Source of the DNA: Takakia lepidozioides
Lineage: Eukaryota > Plantae > Bryophyta
Assembly: GCA_030704615.1 (NCBI GenBank)
Contig: CM060734.1
Location: forward strand, 19,530,001 to 19,594,000
Length of the DNA: 64,000 nucleotides
Direction: 5' to 3'
Part shown: piece by piece, positions 55,621-64,000 of the stretch
How the letters are laid out: every line of letters starts with the position of its first letter
How positions within the stretch are numbered: position 1 is the first letter of the stretch
Notes under the pieces: model-generated
Databases searched by the model: none
Told to the model about the DNA's origin: nothing
The model's input: the letters and a program-made list of their open reading frames with translations, nothing else
Translations under genes and position numbers: made by a program

Positions 55621-58600
55621 ATTATTATTGTCATCGTTGTGTGGAGAAGATGGGGGGGGCGCTGTGGTGAGTGGTTGGGAGTGGGTGGGGGAGCCTTGCA
55701 TATTAGGTGAGGGGTTGAATGGCACATTCGGGTTGTGGTCAAGTTCGGTATGTTGTGTATTAGGTAGATGAGAGGGGGAGCCGGGTTCTGTGACTGTGGG
55801 GGTATTGGCGGCATATGCCGTTCTAAGTGTTTGGTAGATGGAGGCAGTAGGGGAGGATCGGTACTGGGGGAGCAGGTCTTGAACCGTATGGGGATAGTAG
55901 AGACATGGGATATCGCAGTGGAGGGTGCAGATTGCTGAGGGATGACAGAAGAGGGTTCGGAGATGGTGTAGGTATTGAGTGGTTTTGGTCGTAGCTCGGG
56001 AGAATTTAAGAGTGAATTCGCTTGGTTTTAAAAGTCGATGGCCGGAGGCGGTGGTAAGTTGGGTGAGGGTGGTAATTTGACGTTCTTTGAAATAGGTGAG
56101 GATGGGGATTTTTTGTTTCGGATTAGAGATGTCGAATTGTGATAAGAAAAGGCTTGTGAGCCATGCGCATTCTAGGGGTGACGAGGTGTTAGGGTAATCT
56201 GGCAGGCCGGTTTGTATACTAATTTTCATTTGGCGTAGGATGAGTATTGTGCGGGCAGTAGGGGAGTGTAGGCAGGCTTGTGGGTGCAATGATGATAGTG
56301 AGTAAATGCTATTGTATTTTAATGCGAGGTGTTTGAGGAGGCCCTGATAGATGATACCGAGACGTCCAGGATCGTTGAGTGCTTCTTTTAATTGTGTGCC
56401 TAATGTGCGAGCGTATGATATGATTAAGGGGCTAGAACCGATTCCGTAGCTGTCAGTTGGGAGTTGCGTGAGGGCATTAGGGGTACTAGTTGGTAAACCA
56501 CATACGCGCTTTGTGAGTTGAATAATGTTTTTATCAAGTTTTTTTATGTCTGGGAAAGGGTGTGGAGTGAAATGAGTATTGAATTTGTGTTTGTAGTACG
56601 GATTGAATGATTGATAGTTTCGGACGGATGGCAATTGGGGATTTGAGCAGGGCCAGACTTTTGGTAGCTAGTTTGGATGATGTAGAGTCTTTTTGGATGT
56701 GCCAAGTGATGGAGGGTACTAATTGGATACCCAGGTAGGTATATGGCTCATCTGGTCCCAGGAAGGGGAAAGGTGTGTTTTGGTAGTGTACATAGAGTTT
56801 GCAATGTGAGGCTATGGCTGCTTTAGTGAGCCGACTGTGAAGTGTGGCGGCAGTGATGGCGCATTTGTGTAAGCTGAGTTCCATGCCTGACCATAGATTG
56901 AATCGAAATAGTTTGTTAACTTGTCGGTTTAGGTGTTGTGGTTTGTGTGCTAGGATGGCGAGATCGTCTGCATATGCTGCAGCTGAGATGTCACTTGAGG
57001 AGGTTTTGTATTGATACCCAAGTTTGCCACGGGCGAGCCAGCGGAGTAGGGGTTCTAGGAAGATAATGAATAGGTAAGGACTTAAGGTGTCTCCTTGGAT
57101 GGTTCCTCGGATGTGTTAAGATGTGATGTCCATGTACGTTTTTGAGTACGGGTAAGATAGCCACCATTTTGTTTTGAGCGTGGAGTTTGTGGGATTTCAA
57201 GAGGGGCAGAGCAGGTGGCAATGACACTTTTGGTCATTTCTTTCATTGAAGTTGTGAGTATGATCTCGGCTTCGATCCAAGCTTTGTCAGGGGATTGCGC
57301 GAGGTTTGCTTCGGAGAGTATGTCGGAGAGTTTTAGCATAAGGTGTGAGGATGTTGGTTGGAAGTGCTTTAGAAATGTGACTATGTTATTGTAGGGGAGT
57401 GGGGATAAAATTCTAGATTGCGGTGGTGGAACTTACATGGGTGGAATGGGTCTAAAGGGGATGAGGGATGGTGGGATGGTTACTGAAACGGGATAATGGT
57501 CTGAGTTGCATAAACTATTAATGTGCACATGACTGTTAAGGTACGTTGGGATGTCATTTTGTGTCTTGAGGTAGAAGCCGTCAAGAAGGCTTAAGGATGA
57601 GTAGTTGAGTCTACCTTGTCTAGAATAATGGTGGTCGGCGGGTATATAATGGAGGTGGTGTGATTGAGTAAATTTGGCCCATTCCTGGTCTGCGGGGAAT
57701 GGAGTTTTGCGTATACCGTTGTATGTGTGACCCATCAGGGCAATGTCCCTAATGAAATCACCTGCTTGAATGTAGTGCTGGGAGTCGGTGGAGGATTGGG
57801 TTAGTGTGTTGGAGATGGTAAATAGGATATCAGGGATCAGGGGGAGATCTTTGGCGTGTGTGGACATGTACAAGTGTATAAGTATAATGGGGAGGAGCGT
57901 GGGGAGGTGGAGTTTGATGATTTGAAGGTGTGATCGGAGGGGGAGAGCGACAGGTATTTTGACCGTGGTGCTAGGGGAGTGATGTGTGCGGAGAATACCA
58001 AAAACCACCCCGCCCCGGGTAGGATGGTATGGCGCGGAACGTCTAGTTAGGCATTGTGCGGCTGTGAATGAGCTACCATACAGCATATAATAGGCTGGAA
58101 GGAGTTTGTTGATATAAGAACTATTGGGGTTGTGTGTGTCAAGTTTAGTTTCTTGTGATAGGATGATATGCGGGGGTGTAGACTCTGTGAGATGGATAAG
58201 GCTTTGAATGTTGGTGGCAAGTGATCCTACATTCCAAGTAAGTATGTTGAGTGCGTGTGCTTGCTGTGAAGAGGAGGTGTGTGGGGGATTGTGGGATCTT
58301 GGGGGGGTTGGAGGTGGGTCACTGGTGGAGCTGGGCATGCAGGGTAGGGTAGTGGATGTCGGTATCATGGACGGGGGTTGATATCCAGGGATGCCTGTCC
58401 TGGCTTGAAGGGTTGCAGTGAGATTTTTTTTGGAGAGGAATGGGAATTTGTTGGCGACGATATCTAGTTCGTGAATGGTTGCAGGTGGGTGTGCCAGATG
58501 TTCGCCGAGAATCCTATGGATTACTCCAGGCTGGGCTTGTAGTAGGCCAAGAGATTCGTGGAGGTTGTGTAGGTAGCGTGGGGGTGCTAGATATCTGTGA

Positions 58601-58980
58601 GGTAGCGTGGGTAAATCCTGCAATTGTTGTAGTAGTGAACAAATGTATGTGTTTGGTTGGGTTTGAAAGTAGTCGTTGCATATTGAGGGTATTGGGGAGA
58701 TGATGATGATTAGTGAGAATATGAGGTGTTGTATGGGGTATCTGCTAAGTTTATGGGTGGCACTGACTAGAAATAGGTGTTGGCAGGCAGGGAGCCCAAA
58801 GGTGGCAATTGGGTGTGTGGGTTTGCGGTTATTGGTGGAAGGGGTGGGGAGAAAAGGAGAGAAGTGGCCACTAAGGTATTGATATGCAGGTACGAGTAAA
58901 ACAGTGTCTGTTTGGAAATATAGTGCATATCTGGCTTTATGGTCTTTTGAAAGCTTGTTGATGATGCTAGTGATGGTAGA

Positions 58981-59040
58981 GGGGCCTGGGTTGGGGTGGA
59001 TGTCGCCGCAGCTTAGTAGTATAAGCGTTTCACAGGCAAG
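58981..59040 (-). other. 2A-like (StopGo) peptide motif in LINE ORF2
   Basis: Translates as LACETLILLSCGDIHPNPGP, in the same open frame as the APE ORF 57433-58623. Confidence 0.8.
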
Positions 59041-60907
59041 TTTATAGGGCTTAAAGTGGGACGGTGGATGATGAGATGAGTGTTTAGATGCAAGAGGTTT
59101 TTGGTGATATCTCCTATGTGGGCAGTGGGTTATAAGTTGGATTGTAAGGGAACAGGGGGTAGGGGTGCGTGGGGGGTAGCTGATAAAAAGGTGTATGAGG
59201 GGGATAGATTTGGTGGTGTCGTGGTGGGGACGAGTGGAGCTGGTTTTTTTTGTGTGTGGGGGGGGGGGATTTTATTGTGTTGAGATTAGTGTGTGGATTC
59301 ATCCGGTGGCCATGGAAGGGGTTTGTTGTGCGGGAGCTCATATGGTGGGGTTGAATGTATGGTGGTTGGGGAATATAGATTTAATTAGAGTGGGGGAGAT
59401 TGGATAAGTGGGCGACATATTTGGATGAATGAGTTTGGGCAGAGGCGCGGATGAAGGAACCTGATTTTGGATGAAGTGTCGGTGATGGGTGAGAGAAGTG
59501 TGAGTGCAGGGGATATGGTTAGGGGTGCTCCATGTAGTGGCATATTATAAAGGTGTGGGGGAGCATGAGTCTACATAGGTGGGATAAGGGGAGCCGTAAC
59601 GGGGAGGGTTATGTGTATTTAGCTGGGTTGGATGAGGTACATTTATCCAAGTTTGCATGGTGTTCATGGGTAGGAATATGGGCTTATTATTTTTGTATAT
59701 GGGTATAATTGGGCAGGTAGTGAATGGATGTTTCCGCGGGTGACTGAGATGACGTTCGGTGGGGGTGGCAGTTATTAGTGCGGGGAGTATAAGGTGAGTA
59801 GGCGAGTTGCGTGGATGCATGGCGTTGGGTGAGGACGTGGATGAACGCATCCACGAATGAATGAAATACAGGTTGCGTGTTACGGATGTATGAGTGTGGG
59901 AAGGTATGATTTTATTTGGTGCAGGTGTATGAGTGTGGGGGGATATGATTTTATTTGTATTGGGGCTATTAGTAGGACCGTATACGCGGTAGGACCGTTA
60001 GGAAGTCTAGCGGATAATATGGTGGGTAGTGTAGGTGGACTCTGAGGGCCGTGGTGTGGGAATACAGGTTGAGGTGGACCGTACAATACACGAAGCGTGG
60101 TGTTGGCGTATGGGGATTTGAACACCAGGCTCTGGGGGGTGCCAGGCAATAAGGCCAGGAGACTTGAGGTGGCGGGGCGGGATGGGTGCAGTGATATAAG
60201 GTGCGAGGGTGGTAACGGGTGGGGGAATTTTATACAGATTTAAATTTGGGAGCATGTGGGGGGGGTCAAAAATAGAACGGGAGGGGTCGTTAATTTCAAG
60301 GGTGGGGAAGGTTGCACGCGCGGTGCATCCGTGGGTGGTAGGGTCAGTGTGAGTTGCAGGTGGGAGGGGCCAGCAGGTGGCGGGGTATGGTAGGTCCACG
60401 CTGGGAGAGGCGGGGTACAAACGGTCTCGGGTGCAGATATAGCTGGGGTTGAGGCGGAAGACGTGGGGGTGCTGAGATATAAACGTGCGTGGGGGAGAGT
60501 CAGCAGCGATCTGGTTATGGCACGTGGCGTGACTAGGACATGTGGCTAGGCAGGTGGCAGGACGTGGTTGGTCTAGGTTAGTAGTGATTGAGATTGATGG
60601 CTTTATTGAGACCGTGGGATGTGATTGTAGATTATTTTGGTGCATCGACAGGGTGTGTAGAGGTGAGGGAGAGTGGTGACAGGGGACAACAGTAGTGCAG
60701 AGTGACGATTGAGAGTAAGTATGTGAGAAAGTGAGAGTTTGTATTGAGTGTGCTATCGTGGTGGAATCATTCAGAGCTGTAGAGTAACATTTTGAGCAGG
60801 ATACATTGAAACATAAAAGTAAGAGAAATAAAACAACACACAGAAGAGAATAGAGTGCGGCTCGGAAGCTAGAGTAAGTCTGTTGGGTGTAGCTTGGCCC
60901 CAGGGAA

Positions 60908-63465
60908 TTACGCATGAGCATCGTTGTGTGCAACTGAGAGAGCGAGAGCTGCTGTAACGGCGTGTGTGTTGGGAGCAGGCGTCGATTCTCCGCTGCGTTC
61001 GAGGTTGACAGCCACGGTGGGGAGGCGTGATTTGGCTTGTTGGTGCAGCATTGCATTGAGTTCGGGTGCCGCATGGAAGAAGTTCGTTATGACAGGGCGG
61101 TGGCGATGAAAGAGAGCGCCAGGCTCCACAGGTGGTGGAGTCCCGTTGTCATGAGTAGAGGTGGAGCCAGGGAGCTGGGGCAGCTTTGCGAGAATGAGGT
61201 CCGCGTGATGGTAAAAGTTTGCCAGATTCTGGCCCAAGGACTCGGTGATGGATTTGTGCAGCGATAACATGTACTTATGGTATTCTAGGTGTTGGTGTGT
61301 GATAGAGTCTGCAAGCCGGGTCTCCATATCGTTGATGTCGGTGCGCAGGTCTGTACAGATAGATATAGAATGTGCCTCGAGCTTCCGGTCAATCTCTGCC
61401 ATCCAGTCCTTGTTCTCAGGTTGACGTTTATGCAGAGGCTGGATTGTGATGGTGTTTACAGTATCAAGAAGGGCTTGATTGATATTACCAACTTGCAATC
61501 TTTCGCTGTTGACGGTGGGGTGAGGCCCTTCAGACTGTTTTGGTGCGGGGAGAAATTGATGAAGCGGCCAAGCATAGCAACATGTGGGCTGTTGTACCAT
61601 TTAGTATAAATGATAGGGTTCTTGCAGGTCACATGCATCATCCCTATGTGTTTGACTCGCTCGTTGGGGGGCATCTGGCAAAAGTAAGTTTCGGTAATGT
61701 TGTCGGCACCCATCACACCTTGCAACTCCTTGAGAATGGTTTCTCGGGGGTGAAGTTGACACAGGTTTTTAACCACGACTGTGAGCGCGTCTCTTTCTGC
61801 AATCGCCTCCTTCTCCTTCTCGGAACCTTTGGCTCTTGTTTTGCCCTGCTTTTTGATCCGGATCTTTGGTTTGATTAGGACGTTATCGATACGGATCCCC
61901 TTGTCCAAAATTCGAGTTCTGGTATCCTCTGTGGCGAGATAGATAAAGGTGAAATTGGTGTCGGGGTTGGACTTGCCGACGTATAAGATTTCAAAGTTGT
62001 CGTCGTGATCAAATGTCTCCGTGATAAAGTGCATGGCCAGCTGCGTTCCTAGCGTGCCTTGTAGTACTTCGTCATTGCAATAGAGGGACAGCCATTCGGA
62101 GGTGGCTAGGAGATCATAAGCCTTCTTGACTTTTCCCTGCATTTTGACACCTGGCTCTACCTCCAACACAAAGGGCCTGTCTCCTCGAAGGAGGGCCAAA
62201 CCATCCCGTGCAGGATGGAAAAGCTCAACTTTGATAGTGCCAGACCATATCTGCGTAGTGGGTTTTAAGTAAACAGAGAGAGGAACGAAAAGAGTCGTAC
62301 CTAGTGGGATGTTCATGTCCATGAATCGTTGTGTGGGGCGGGTGTGAACCAGTTCTTTGGGTAGCTCGTAGGTAGAGTCGAAGCGAATAGTAATGTGGTA
62401 CGGGTTTGCCGGGAGACCGGTGTTGCTGGTGGTGAGCGTGCCCTTGGGCAGCTGGGTGAGATGGAGGAATTGTCCGTCGCTCCCATCCGGGCGCGTAGCA
62501 GGATAGAGGCGTTGAGGTACCCGTGGATATGCCTTCTTGCAGTTGAGCAATTCGTCACATTCTGTGGGTGGAGTGCCAAGCTGGAGCAGTTGCTCCCTAG
62601 AGCGGGTTTCCTTGAGTACAGGACGATTGTTCTCGTAAGCATATGTTTCCATGTTCTGAAATCCATACCATAACATGAGATGCAGCTTGGCACTCTCAAC
62701 TTCCAGGCCTTGGTGCTCCGGTGCGACAGATTGTTGGCTTCTCGATTTCTTTGTTTCGGATGGTGCCGGGGTAGTGGCACTGTGAAGCTCGCTTGAAGTC
62801 CTTTTGGTGCGCAGGTGACCTTGGACCTGGACTGTGATGAGTGGGTGACTGTGCGCTGTAGCGAGTACGTCAGCCGGCATGTCAGGCATGTCGGAATCAC
62901 CATTTTGTTGATGAAGAGCTTGACTCATATTGTTGTGTGTGAGCCTGAGAGTGGGTGGCGTTGGGGCAGGCGGATTTACTGTGAGCGACGAGTCCAGGAA
63001 CTCGGGTTCCATTGCTGGAGTGGCGGGCGGATGGCTGGCAAGAAGACTTCCTGGCGCCAGTTGCCTACTGAATTGCTGTCTGGGTCGACCCGTGAGAGAG
63101 GGAACACCGATTGCTGAAGAGAACATAAGAATAGGCGGTGGGGAGGATGATTGGGGAGTAGCTATGTGTCGATAGATACTAGCAGTGAGCTGAGCAGACA
63201 GGAGGGGGAAGATGTAATCTACCCGGGTGTGTAGTTCTGGATTTGTTGAGTAAGGGGGGGTGGAGATGGGGAGTTTTGAACGTAAAGAGTCCAACAAGCA
63301 AGTGAGCGGGGGGGGGGAGAGGGTGGCGGGATTTATATAGATTGAGAGTTCGGGAACTGGGGATGCCACAGTAAGCGTCGATTTTAATGCGGGTAGCAGT
63401 ACTGAGTCTAGTGTAATGATGTTTGAGAGGGCCGGGCAGATGGAGGGGCGAGCTGCGCACTTCAC
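60908..63465 (-). pseudogene. LINE ORF1 (RRM-like domains plus C-terminal coiled coil), one frameshift near 61510
   Basis: ORFs 61456-63465 and 60908-61600. RNP-like segments LTVVVKNL..HIGMMHVTC..GRFINFSPH are followed by the helical INQALLDTV..DINDMETRL. Confidence 0.65.
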
Positions 63466-64000
63466 TTAGTTGGGGTGCGGTGGAGAACGGCAGATTTAGC
63501 ATGCGTATCAATTCGTTGTCAGTGTAGCAAAGGCTTGAGTGATCAGGAGCTTTAAGAGCTGGGTATTGCCCAATGCAAGTTGGCAGCGGAAGGATAAACG
63601 AAGAGATTATGAAGGTGACTCGTAGCATAACTTTTGTGGGGCAGCACCTGTGCGAATGCACCATGTGTGTGGCCAGCGATGGAGAGTAAGACAGGGTAGA
63701 AAAATTAAATCAAGGAGCTGGCGGGATCTGGCTCTTGTGAGGGCAGAAGTGATGATGGATTAAGTAGTGGGAAGCGTTGTCAACTGTGAGGGTTATGCCA
63801 TGTGTTGACTGGCTGTAGGGGTGGGGCCAGTGGGGTGGCGAGAGAGAGGTGGCTGGGTGCACTGCATAGCTTTTATGTTCGAGAGACCATGAGTTATGGG
63901 TAGGGAGCCTGTATGTTGTGTTGCCAGAACGGCATCGTTTGGAGAGAGCCGTGCTATGGCTGTGTGTGCACGAAGGATTACAGGTAATCTTAGGAGTAGG

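Larger units (their letters stand above)
54895..64000 (-). mobile_element. RandI/Dualen-like LINE, degenerate and 3'-truncated; may continue beyond the window
   Basis: RRM-like ORF1 at about 63000-60908. ORF2 has APE (LNILTWNV, SQETKL, AGDF, SDHYPV) and the RT C-half (RGTIQGDTLSPYLFIIFLEPLLRWL; YADD at 56974-56963), with the RT N-half deleted at about 57115. A chromodomain follows. The coding strand is strongly C/A-rich. Confidence 0.8.

Noticed and set aside
59545-61074. His/Pro/Thr-rich ORFs as independent host genes
   Set aside because: The composition reflects the LINE's C/A strand bias, and the ORFs lie between ORF1 and the 2A/APE region.

Overview
Eukaryotic land-plant nuclear DNA with GT-AG introns. 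A bryophyte, probably a moss, is inferred from the PLS-PPR motifs and TE families. Intact host genes: a 14-exon peroxisomal citrate synthase (19339-24668, +), a GPI-type arabinogalactan peptide (27135-27341, -) and a type D lipid-transfer protein (47781-48446, -). An exocyst EXO84 gene has exons 1-3 on the minus strand (6345-4259) and exons 4-9 on the plus strand (7059-18230), all still in phase. There are two decayed PLS/DYW PPR genes, an orphan coiled-coil gene and a kelch-like ORF. About half the window is TE-derived: a head-to-tail stack of RTEX-like LINEs with (CATTT)n tails inside one EXO84 intron, a CACTA-like remnant, a truncated LTR element and a trihelix/Myb-carrying DNA transposon. 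Two elements stand out. (1) A Gypsy element (28102-35339) has asymmetric 'split' LTRs, an internal LTR-LTR junction where the PPT should be, a 4-bp TSD and a dUTPase-like domain. (2) A RandI/Dualen-like LINE (about 54895-64000, -) has an ORF2 carrying a 2A-like StopGo motif (LLSCGDIHPNPGP), APE, RT, a chromodomain with an intact aromatic cage and the start of a possible methyltransferase-like domain. All assignments come from manual reading and translation; no database searches were run.
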